64,000 bases of DNA. Origin: a virus. Shown one piece after another: positions 18,838 through 27,806 of this stretch. Each line of letters begins with the position of its first letter. Position 1 is the stretch's first letter. The notes under the pieces are model-generated. The model was not told the DNA's origin, did not search any database, and saw only the letters and a list, made by a program, of their open reading frames with translations. The stretch is taken from positions 1 to 64,000 of IMG/VR virus record IMGVR_UViG_3300006316_000001; one strand, written 5' to 3'. Both the position numbers and the translations under genes were made by a program.

Positions 18838-20190
18838 TTAGAACTCTTCTTCAACGAACGCGGATAGACGAGAACGTTGGCCGCCATCCAACTGAATCAC
18901 TTGGGCATGTTCAAAGCCCTTCAGTTTGTTCATTGCGTATGTTAGACCTGATGACCGATCGCTAACCGCTGAGTTATCAATTTGGTCCAAGTTACCTAAC
19001 ACAATCACCTTACAATATTCACCAGCCCTTGTCAGTGCTGTCTTCATCTGACCACTCGTGAGGTTTTGAGCTTCATCAATTACCAGAACACGGTGATTGA
19101 TTGAGCGACCTCTGAAGAACAACATAGCTTTGAGTTTGATGAAGGGTTCTTCACCCATTATTGCATTTGCTGGGAAAAACTTCTCGTTCTTGGAAGCTCG
19201 CCCGATAACTTCCATGTTATCAAACACAGCACCAAGCCAAGGAGCCATCTTCTCAGACTCATCACCTGGAAGGAAACCGATCTGTTCAAAACTGCTGTCA
19301 TTTGAACGAGTGAAGATTATCTCTTCCATTCGATTTCCGGTCTTCTTACCTTTGACCAGCTCAGTGGCACCCGCCATGGCAATTAATGTCTTACCGGAGC
19401 CAGCTGGTCCATCAACAACCACAATATCAATATCTTTATCAAGAATTGAATCAAGCATGATTGATTGCTTGATGTTACGTGGCGTTATACTGGATGCTGA
19501 ACGCTTAGTGAATTGATTGATGTTCTGGAATTCAAATACAGAAATCTGATTCTCATTGTCAATGAAGCGCAATACCGCTAAGAATGTGCAACTTTCATCA
19601 ACAATCCATGTGTTGATATGGTCAATCATGGTCGGAATTTCACTATTGTGAATTTCAGTCAAGCCACAACTCTTCGCATGTATCTTATCCGTTGGAATAT
19701 TGTTTAACCAATCATCGCTGACGGTAACGACACCCGACGGTAAAAGATCGGCATCAACCACGATAATGTCATTGCGATACTCTTGAGCAATGCAACCAGA
19801 AGTTTTTGCCTTCAAACGCATGTTGATATCGTTTGAGATCAAGATGACTTCTGAATCATCATTGGCTTCAGTTAGTGCGATAGTTGTGTTTATGATCTTA
19901 TCATCATTACTTGTACCTTCAATCGGCACATTAGGAACATAGTCGGGTAGGAGGAACAGCTTACCTGTGTCATGTTCGACGCCTTTAATTGGATCTCCAT
20001 CACCAATTATACGATTCAGAACTCGAACTGCAGCTCGAGCATCACGAGAAAGGTCATTCTTTCTCATTTTCTGATCGTCAAGTTCTTGCAATACAGCCAT
20101 TGGTACCACAACCTCATGACCGTCGAAACCGTATGGTGCGTTGGGATCATTAAGAAGAACATTTGTATCAAGCACGAAAATTTTAGACAT
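18838..20190 (-). CDS. phoH: PIN-PhoH (PhoH2-type) protein
   Basis: VLDTNVLL PIN, GPAGSGKT, IGFLPG...EKM.PW, RGRS, IDEAQN. Confidence 0.9.
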   Translation of the reverse strand: MSKIFVLDTNVLLNDPNAPYGFDGHEVVVPMAVLQELDDQKMRKNDLSRDARAAVRVLNRIIGDGDPIKGVEHDTGKLFLLPDYVPNVPIEGTSNDDKIINTTIALTEANDDSEVILISNDINMRLKAKTSGCIAQEYRNDIIVVDADLLPSGVVTVSDDWLNNIPTDKIHAKSCGLTEIHNSEIPTMIDHINTWIVDESCTFLAVLRFIDNENQISVFEFQNINQFTKRSASSITPRNIKQSIMLDSILDKDIDIVVVDGPAGSGKTLIAMAGATELVKGKKTGNRMEEIIFTRSNDSSFEQIGFLPGDESEKMAPWLGAVFDNMEVIGRASKNEKFFPANAIMGEEPFIKLKAMLFFRGRSINHRVLVIDEAQNLTSGQMKTALTRAGEYCKVIVLGNLDQIDNSAVSDRSSGLTYAMNKLKGFEHAQVIQLDGGQRSRLSAFVEEEF

Positions 20191-20246
20191 AGTATTTTCC
20201 TTTGGGGATGTTTGTGTGGAGGTGGTTCTACACTTTAGGTTTCTGG

Positions 20247-21419
20247 CTAGAACTCATACTCAGATAAGTCCACACCAGACATGTCACCATCAATCTGGCC
20301 AACGCGATAGTTTCCATTATCACGCTCTTGTGGAGCCACTTGAACCATTGATGGATTTAGATAGAACTCAACCCACGGTAGAGGGTGTTCAGACATAGGT
20401 TTGTTGTATTTCATACCAACAGCGGCAAATGCGCCAGTCGCTAGATAGTCCACATATTCCTTCATGAGGACTGCGTTCAAACCAACCATCTTACGACCTT
20501 CACTGAATAGGTAGTCAGCCCACTTGTATTCAGCACCAACGATTTCATACATAACTTCTTCGAAGAATGGAACCAGTTCATCAAAGATAGGTGCAAATTC
20601 TTCATCACGTTTTAGCGTGTTAAGAATTTCCATTGTGAATCGAGTATGGAGTGCTTCATCTTTAGCGATCAGTTTGAGAAGGTCAGCCGTACCCGACATA
20701 ACTTTCTCATCAGCCAATTTGAAAGTACACGCAAATGATGCGAAAAACTGAATTGACTCTAATGCGTAAAGTGAGGCGAACGCCTTAACTAGCTGCTTCT
20801 TACAAGCATATTTGAAGATTTCTTCCGCATCATCATCCATATCAATATCAGAATTTGAGATGATACATGCTTCGTAGTGTGTGATGGAGTTCAACTCAAT
20901 CAGAGTGTGAAGAGCCGCCAACTGACTCAGCTTATCGAATTCGCGAGTTATTGCTTCAAGGCGATCCATTGATTGCTCTAAGTTGGCCACTTTATTACGG
21001 ATTCGTTCTGGATCAGGGAAGATTGAACGAATAATGTGTTGATATGTACGGCTATGAATCTGCTCAAAATACTGCCATTGGTTTATGAGTTCTTCTAGCT
21101 CGGGGTTTGTTACAAACGGCATGATTGCCATAATAGGAGCTCGGCCAGCAATTGAATCGCCGTGTGATTGCCAAGCAAGGTTCAGAACCGCGATATCCTG
21201 AATGTTTACAGGTAACGTTGGCCATTGCATTTGGTCGGATGACAGGTCAGTTTCTGTCTCAATCCAATATTGCGCTCGTTGAGTTAGAGCCAGATTCTCA
21301 ATCTCGGGAAACGTGGTGTCAACCATATCATGTAGGCTCATACCTTGACCCAAAAAGAGGGGGTATTTTGGAGTCTCACCATTAGTGTATTGACGGCTCT
21401 TATTAAATAGTACTGACAT
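20247..21419 (-). CDS. nrdB: class Ia ribonucleotide reductase beta subunit
   Basis: EQIHSRTY, LESIQFFASF, DEALH, VAPQE. Confidence 0.95.
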   Translation of the reverse strand: MSVLFNKSRQYTNGETPKYPLFLGQGMSLHDMVDTTFPEIENLALTQRAQYWIETETDLSSDQMQWPTLPVNIQDIAVLNLAWQSHGDSIAGRAPIMAIMPFVTNPELEELINQWQYFEQIHSRTYQHIIRSIFPDPERIRNKVANLEQSMDRLEAITREFDKLSQLAALHTLIELNSITHYEACIISNSDIDMDDDAEEIFKYACKKQLVKAFASLYALESIQFFASFACTFKLADEKVMSGTADLLKLIAKDEALHTRFTMEILNTLKRDEEFAPIFDELVPFFEEVMYEIVGAEYKWADYLFSEGRKMVGLNAVLMKEYVDYLATGAFAAVGMKYNKPMSEHPLPWVEFYLNPSMVQVAPQERDNGNYRVGQIDGDMSGVDLSEYEF

Positions 21420-21482
21420 CTTCTAGTCCTCGTATGGTTTGAATGTGGGTGGGTGGGGAATGACCCCACCGTTTAAGTTGGA

Positions 21483-22124
21483 TTATGAGTACCAAGCTGG
21501 AACAAAATCAAATTCTACTTTGAGTGGCTTGGCGCGAGATTTCCATTCTTGGAATTTATCACAAAGATATGCTTGGTATGCTTTACACACACCTACGACT
21601 GATGACATGGCAATGAATTCTTCACCAGCGGCTACAGGAGGTCTGACGAATCCATTTTCTGGGATAGACTTAGGAGCGGCTGCGATGATATCTAGAATAC
21701 CTTCAGTTTTGTGGCTTCGGCCAGTGCGCGTTGAGTATAGTTCGCACAATTTCTTAGCGCATTCCCACACCCAAATGTAGTGGTCGTATGATTGGCGAAC
21801 CCAGATTGCGCTAGGGTGGTTAACATGGGTGTGAGCGTAAACGACTTTGTCAACTAACCAGCGACGTCCAAAACGAAACTCGAATGTGTCACTAGGTAGT
21901 TCGTACCAGTCTACTTGCTTACACTTAACTTTTTTGATTTTCGTACCGTCTTCAAGTTTGATGTTGTAGACGCGCTTGACCCAAACCTTACAAAGTGAAC
22001 CTTCGTATAAGCGAATTGCTGTGGAAAGTAATTGGGTATATTCAACAATCATTTTGACTTGGTGGATACGAACATGCTCATTAGCAGCTTGACTAGGACA
22101 ATCGTTAGTGTAAAATACGTTCAT
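21483..22124 (-). CDS. pyrimidine-dimer glycosylase (DenV/Pyr_excise)-like protein
   Basis: MNVFY...A..H...H..KM.VEY.QLLSTA; H.NHPSAIWVR. Confidence 0.7.
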   Translation of the reverse strand: MNVFYTNDCPSQAANEHVRIHQVKMIVEYTQLLSTAIRLYEGSLCKVWVKRVYNIKLEDGTKIKKVKCKQVDWYELPSDTFEFRFGRRWLVDKVVYAHTHVNHPSAIWVRQSYDHYIWVWECAKKLCELYSTRTGRSHKTEGILDIIAAAPKSIPENGFVRPPVAAGEEFIAMSSVVGVCKAYQAYLCDKFQEWKSRAKPLKVEFDFVPAWYS

Positions 22125-22150
22125 TTTTAACCTCTAATAAAATAAAACTG

Positions 22151-22210
22151 TAAGGGCTAACCGTTAACCCTATAACAACCATTATACTCTTATTTTACGA
22201 GAAGTAAAGC
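22151..22210 (-). promoter_or_regulatory. promoter-stem-loop cassette copy 6
   Basis: TTTACT-N16-TATAAT plus AGGGTTAACGGTTAGCCCT. Confidence 0.85.
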
Positions 22211-22230
22211 TTTTTTATTTGGTAAAATGC

Positions 22231-22255
22231 AAAAAAGGCTCCCAAACGGGAGCCT
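22231..22255 (-). terminator. intrinsic terminator after nrdA
   Basis: GGCTCCC-GTTT-GGGAGCC followed by T-run. Confidence 0.85.
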
Positions 22256-22271
22256 AATTTAAATGGCTATG

Positions 22272-24557
22272 TTAAAGCGTACAGGTGTCGCAGTTTTGAC
22301 CTTTATTAGAGGCTGAACCACCATTATCACCTTCAGTGTTGAAGTAGTAGAATGTCTTCAGACCTGCTTTACAAGCGAACATGAAGTCTTGAAGTAACTC
22401 ACCCATTGGAAGTTTAGCTCCAGGATATTTGTTGTAATCATATTCAACGTTGTAACTGATACTTTGGCCAATGAACTTCTGAAGAACTGCCATTGATTTG
22501 ATTTTATCTTTCGGACTGATATCAAATGCGTACTGGTAGTCGAACTGAAGTTCAGCGTAATCAGGAACGATCTGAGGAATGTCACCTTGGCGACTAGCCT
22601 TGATCATTAACCAGTTACGAGGTGGCTCGATACCGTTGGTTGCACCGATAGTCACTGAGCTCGATTCACTAGGCATGTAAGCCTCAAGAACTGAGTTGCG
22701 CATACCGAATTCAGCCATATCAGAACGTAGAGCATCCCAATCATATTTCAGATCAGCATCATGGAAAGATTCAACGATAGGTAGAGCCGATTCATGAGGG
22801 AAGATACCTTCAGAATATGTCGTACGATCAAAGCCCTCACAAGCGCCCTGCTCAGCAGCAAGTTGGATTGATGCTTTGTGTAAGAAGTAGCTCATACGCT
22901 CAGCTTGCTCATGCATAAATGTGCGACCTTCATTTGAATCGTAACCTAAGCCTTGTTGAGCCAAAGCGTGAGCAAGGTTAATCATACCGACACCAACAGA
23001 ACGACGATAGTTAGCTGAAGCTTTCATTGAAGGGAACGAGTAAACCTGCATACTGATCACATTATCAATCAACTTCAGAAGAAGGTACGCCACACGAGCA
23101 TACTCAGCATCAGAAGAAATTCGGTTGATCACGATACCACCAAGGTTACAAAGAGCAACTTCACCATCAACTTCCGGATCAAACGTGTCACTGTAAACGT
23201 CCATTATGTGTTGGTGAGGGTGAGTCGGAAGAAGTATTTCTTGACATAGGTTTGAACTGCGGATAGAATCCTTAAACGTTGAGCGACGGTTAGCCTCATC
23301 AACACGAACACAATAAATGCGACCAGTATCAGCACGCTGTTGAATGAACAGACTAAATAGTTCTCTTGCGTCAACCCACTTCACTGGAGAAATGAAACCG
23401 TCACGAGTCTTGATGACTTTCTCATCTTTCCATTTATCAACAGCAGTTTCGTAAGCTTCGATGAAGCCATCTACATCTTTGGTGTAGAATAGTTGGTGAG
23501 CCTTCTTCGCATAGTACGGGCTGATTAGAGCGATCTGTTCACCGCGAGCCAGTTTACCTAGGAAGTAGTTGCTGATCGCAAGTGAGTAGTCCATTGTGTC
23601 AATACGCTTATCATCAGAAACGCGCTGAGAACGTAGACGAAGAAGAGTCATCACTTCAGGATCAAACACAGGGAACTGCATTGTAGCCGAACCACCACGA
23701 GCTTGTTGTGTATTAGCTTTGATTGAACGGTCAAGCCATTTGTAGTATGGAAGTTTACCTTGGTGCTCAATCATACCACCCTTAACAGGCTCAAGAATAC
23801 CACGAGTCTCAAAATCGAGACCGATACCAGCACGGTTCGCCACCATCTTATAAGCAACGTGTTCAGCAGCATCCATTGAGTCAACTGAGTCACCACCAGC
23901 AATAATACAACAAGAAGCAAAGCCCTTCAGTGGAGAGCGAAGACCTAGGAGTACGGGAGTTGGAATGTTAATCTGAAGCTTACTCAGCGAGTGGTACAGA
24001 TCAATCACATCATCAAGGGGAGAATTGTTGGTCATACCCGCCATAGCCAGACCCATGTAGAGCATTTGTGGGCTCTCATAAATCTCACCAGAAACTTGGT
24101 TATTCATCAGATACTTATCACCCATCTGACGAAGACCTGAGTATGGGAACAGCTTATCACGGTCATGATCAATTACACCATTGAGTACCTTTAGTTTGTA
24201 CTCATCAAAATGCATATCTTCCCATAAACCACGCTCAACCATATCGTGGTAAAAATCACTAAATTTTGGTGGTTGGAAGGTTCCGAATACAGATTTACGT
24301 AGATTGGCTAGGTAAAGTTTTGCTGCAGGCTTTTCGTACTCAGAATTAGTTTGAATTAGACTAACGCACGCATTGATTAGGGCTTGTTGCCAATCAGCAG
24401 AAGTCATTCCATCGTAGCCAGCTTTGATTGCTTTGGATAGAATTAGAGACCATGAAACGCCAATAGCACCCTCACAGCTCCACTCTGCCCAGCCATTTGC
24501 CTTATCTGCATCCCATGGAACTACTTTACCATTGCGTTTTGTAATTGTTTCAATCAT
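22272..24557 (-). CDS. nrdA: class Ia ribonucleotide reductase alpha subunit
   Basis: PTPV, ASCC, SSNLCQEI, C-terminal CDTC; start at MIETI. Confidence 0.95.
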   Translation of the reverse strand: MIETITKRNGKVVPWDADKANGWAEWSCEGAIGVSWSLILSKAIKAGYDGMTSADWQQALINACVSLIQTNSEYEKPAAKLYLANLRKSVFGTFQPPKFSDFYHDMVERGLWEDMHFDEYKLKVLNGVIDHDRDKLFPYSGLRQMGDKYLMNNQVSGEIYESPQMLYMGLAMAGMTNNSPLDDVIDLYHSLSKLQINIPTPVLLGLRSPLKGFASCCIIAGGDSVDSMDAAEHVAYKMVANRAGIGLDFETRGILEPVKGGMIEHQGKLPYYKWLDRSIKANTQQARGGSATMQFPVFDPEVMTLLRLRSQRVSDDKRIDTMDYSLAISNYFLGKLARGEQIALISPYYAKKAHQLFYTKDVDGFIEAYETAVDKWKDEKVIKTRDGFISPVKWVDARELFSLFIQQRADTGRIYCVRVDEANRRSTFKDSIRSSNLCQEILLPTHPHQHIMDVYSDTFDPEVDGEVALCNLGGIVINRISSDAEYARVAYLLLKLIDNVISMQVYSFPSMKASANYRRSVGVGMINLAHALAQQGLGYDSNEGRTFMHEQAERMSYFLHKASIQLAAEQGACEGFDRTTYSEGIFPHESALPIVESFHDADLKYDWDALRSDMAEFGMRNSVLEAYMPSESSSVTIGATNGIEPPRNWLMIKASRQGDIPQIVPDYAELQFDYQYAFDISPKDKIKSMAVLQKFIGQSISYNVEYDYNKYPGAKLPMGELLQDFMFACKAGLKTFYYFNTEGDNGGSASNKGQNCDTCTL

Positions 24558-24650
24558 GATTTCACCTTTGTGGAGGGCACATTCCGTGCCCATTTATTGT
24601 TAGTGATGGTTTGTTGTGTTGTTTCGTGGAACTAAACTGATGTCATACCA

Positions 24651-26069
24651 TCAAGTCTTAAGACCATTCAGTGAAGGAGTTGCCTTCTTACTACCCAATA
24701 CAGAAATGTCTAATGTTTCCATTGACATCGCTTGATTGGACTGTTTTATTTGAGATTTATTGACGCCATCCGAAGCTTCTTTCTTCAGATCATACAACCT
24801 CATTTTGGCTCGCTCAATCCCCACCATAAATTTACGGTAGTAATTGACATCGCCATAACGGTTCTTGATTTGAACCATCATAATCTTATTGACCGCCTCC
24901 CACTCTTCAGTCGATATGATACCGATAAGAAGGTCAAGAGTGGCAGCCAAGCCGTGTGATTCAGACACATCCTCAAAACTCAAATCAGTCGAAGATTGTC
25001 CACCACGGTTTGTCTGTGTTGCCGTGATAATAGGCAAATCAAACTCAACCGCAAGCGCACGAAGTTCTTCAGCAATATTCTTAATCTTTGTGTAAGAATT
25101 ATCGCTAGCATTACCGCGATTAGTTGCACAGATGTTGAGGTAATCTATGAACACGTAATCGAATTCAACACCCTTCTTATTCTTTGCTTCAATAAGCAAA
25201 TTTCGGAAGTGGCCAGCATGAGCTGACGACGTTGGGTATTGTTTGAATACACAAGTACCACCCTTTGCCTTCATCTTGTTGATGTAGTGCTGTTGCTTAA
25301 CCGTGAATTCCGACTTACTCAACTTCTTCATTTGGTTAAGTGGAACGTCCATCAAGTTAGCCTCAAGACGCTCAGCCAGACGAAGTTCTGCCATTTCAAG
25401 TGAAATGTATAGAACCTTGTTACCAGCAAGCGCAGCTTTGGCCGCAATATCACACATCATCAGAGATTTACCGACACCAGTACCAGCAAGGAAACAGTTA
25501 AGTGTACCGGAAGGGACACCACCGTTAGTCACTAAGTCAAGCATCTCCAAAAATAGACTTTTACGGTCTTCGTCTGACGTGTACATATCATAACGAAGAT
25601 GACAGTCTTCAACTAGATCGTGCCCCACTGAGTTATCAAAGTGGAACGAAATAGCTTCTTGGAAAATATTGGCGTATGAATCAACTTCACCACCTTCCTC
25701 AAAGTCACCATAAGTCTTTTCAAACGCAAGCGAAACGCGACGTCTACGGATAAATTTCTCAGTATATTTCTCAAGCCACTCTTGTGACTCGATCATATAT
25801 GCATCCTTTCCGAGGACGTCATTCACAATATGCTTATCTAACGAATTGACGTTAGGTAAGTCTTTCAGCATTACTACCGTCTCTTTGGCAGACGGAGCTT
25901 TACTATAAGTGGCATGATATTCAGATACCACACCACATATTGCACGCTCAGTATCATTAGCGAAAAACTCAACATCCAAATATGGAGCTACCTTAGCAGC
26001 ATAATGTTGGTTTCGAACTACATTTGCAAGAACTATGGACGACATTTCCGCATCAGCGACAAATGACAT
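24651..26069 (-). CDS. 41: gp41-like replicative helicase
   Basis: AGTGVGKS, YISLEM, KQYPT, IDYLNIC, ATQTNR, KNRYGD. Confidence 0.9.
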   Translation of the reverse strand: MSFVADAEMSSIVLANVVRNQHYAAKVAPYLDVEFFANDTERAICGVVSEYHATYSKAPSAKETVVMLKDLPNVNSLDKHIVNDVLGKDAYMIESQEWLEKYTEKFIRRRRVSLAFEKTYGDFEEGGEVDSYANIFQEAISFHFDNSVGHDLVEDCHLRYDMYTSDEDRKSLFLEMLDLVTNGGVPSGTLNCFLAGTGVGKSLMMCDIAAKAALAGNKVLYISLEMAELRLAERLEANLMDVPLNQMKKLSKSEFTVKQQHYINKMKAKGGTCVFKQYPTSSAHAGHFRNLLIEAKNKKGVEFDYVFIDYLNICATNRGNASDNSYTKIKNIAEELRALAVEFDLPIITATQTNRGGQSSTDLSFEDVSESHGLAATLDLLIGIISTEEWEAVNKIMMVQIKNRYGDVNYYRKFMVGIERAKMRLYDLKKEASDGVNKSQIKQSNQAMSMETLDISVLGSKKATPSLNGLKT

Positions 26070-26079
26070 ACAATTGCTC

Positions 26080-27141
26080 CTAGTCTAGTTCAGGTAATTC
26101 ATCAGCTTCCATATCAGCGCTTGACGCACCACCAAGACAATACTTGGATTCGATATGCTTAATGAAATCAGGGTGAGACATTAATCGTTTGAACCAATCA
26201 TGTTGATTATAAATGTCACGCTTACGAATTGAAGTCTCAGACATTGCGCCAGTATCAAAGTCCATTAGCTTACACCAAGCACCAATCTTAGCCATGCCGA
26301 TTTCAACCGCTTCTTCAAGAAGACCTGAATATGGGTTGATACCTTCTTCAAATGTTGAGTGGATGAAGATCTTGGTCTTTTCTTTACACTCACGAGACTT
26401 ATCGATATTGAGAACGAACCAATAACCTTTTAGGTCGGAAGCTGTACCATCTTGTTGACGACCAATGATCCACACATCATCAGCTGCAAGATACACTTTC
26501 TTACCACCTGACACGTTGTAAGTACCTTTACCATCCATTGACGTGTAACCGTGGTTAATGATAACCGCAGGAATGTCATTGAATGCAATGTATGGTGTCC
26601 AAATACGGAACAGTGAGTTCAGCTCACGAGCACGCGTCATATCAGCAGCTGAGTTTTCTTCTTCAGCGTTGCTAACTTCTTTGGTTGAAGGAAGCATACC
26701 GATTGAGTCAACCATGATCATCATCGGAACACCTTCTTCTTGAAGCATCTTCAGTTGAGAAACTGAGTCAAACTTCAACTCTTCAATATTGAAGATAGGC
26801 GTGTGAAGGATGCGCGACATGTCCATGTTACGTAGTTTGAAGTATTTGATTGGAGCACCTTTCTCTGAATCATAAAACAGGATAACGCCATCAGGATGCT
26901 TCTCTTGGAAACCCTTTGCCACTTCCAACATGAATCCCGTTTTAAAATGTTTTGATTCACCACAAATCATCAATAATCCAGGAGACATACCAACATCAGT
27001 CTTACCTGATAGTGCCACATTCATCATTGGGATTTGTAACGGAAATGAACCGTCATCACCGCTGTAGAATTTGGATTCTGACAACGCAGCCGCCATCGGT
27101 GATTTGCTGTTCTTTTTCAAACGCGCCATAATATCTGACAT
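26080..27141 (-). CDS. uvsX: UvsX RecA-like recombinase
   Basis: GESKHFKT, YDSE, VDSIG, ADMTRAR, INH.Y. Confidence 0.9.
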   Translation of the reverse strand: MSDIMARLKKNSKSPMAAALSESKFYSGDDGSFPLQIPMMNVALSGKTDVGMSPGLLMICGESKHFKTGFMLEVAKGFQEKHPDGVILFYDSEKGAPIKYFKLRNMDMSRILHTPIFNIEELKFDSVSQLKMLQEEGVPMMIMVDSIGMLPSTKEVSNAEEENSAADMTRARELNSLFRIWTPYIAFNDIPAVIINHGYTSMDGKGTYNVSGGKKVYLAADDVWIIGRQQDGTASDLKGYWFVLNIDKSRECKEKTKIFIHSTFEEGINPYSGLLEEAVEIGMAKIGAWCKLMDFDTGAMSETSIRKRDIYNQHDWFKRLMSHPDFIKHIESKYCLGGASSADMEADELPELD

Positions 27142-27143
27142 AG

Positions 27144-27674
27144 CTATTCCTCAGTTGTTTGTGTTTCCAAATCATCTAGAGATTTGAATTCGGTTTTATC
27201 TTTAAAATTATCAAGCATCCAATTCATGTTACCTTTGGATAATTCACCATAAATAGTGATATCGCCAGCATCACGGAACTGCTTGGTTTTGGTGCTATTA
27301 TATTCCACTGGGGCGGCACCATTGAATGATACCATCACAGCAGGTTTACGAGCACGTGTAACCTTCTTAGGTTCTTCCTTAGTCTCGACAGAACTAACAA
27401 CGTTGAATTGTATGCCAGTTCCTCGGATATCTGAAGGAGTTTCCATTTCCCTTTCGAAGACTTCCCATCCTTTATCAGTCAGGTTCAAAGATCCATTCTT
27501 ACCTGAAGAGCCTGTGATTAACCCTTCCTTCTTAAGATTGGTGTAAGACTGCATAACTTGACCCCAAGTCTTCTCAAACGCTTTATCAAATTCCCATAAA
27601 GAGATATCTGAATCATCACCCTTAGTTGAATTTTGTCCGATATAGCGGAGAATTAGAGATTCATGATTAGTCAT
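27144..27674 (-). CDS. winged-helix DNA-binding protein with MotA-like layout
   Basis: N-terminal L..EGLI......LNLTDKG wHTH signature; basic linker KKVTRARK. Confidence 0.55.
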   Translation of the reverse strand: MTNHESLILRYIGQNSTKGDDSDISLWEFDKAFEKTWGQVMQSYTNLKKEGLITGSSGKNGSLNLTDKGWEVFEREMETPSDIRGTGIQFNVVSSVETKEEPKKVTRARKPAVMVSFNGAAPVEYNSTKTKQFRDAGDITIYGELSKGNMNWMLDNFKDKTEFKSLDDLETQTTEE

Positions 27675-27694
27675 TGTTTTAAGCCTTTTTAAGA

Positions 27695-27764
27695 AGGGAA
27701 GTTGTTAACCTTAACACTTTACCCTATAACAGTCATTATACTCTTATTTTACGAGAAGTAAAGC
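27695..27764 (-). promoter_or_regulatory. promoter-stem-loop cassette copy 7 (long hairpin)
   Basis: TTTACT-N16-TATAAT plus AGGGTAAAGTGTTAAGGTTAACAACTTCCCT. Confidence 0.8.
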
Positions 27765-27806
27765 GTTTTATTAAAGTTTAAAGGTCACCCGAAAGTGACC
27801 AATAGT

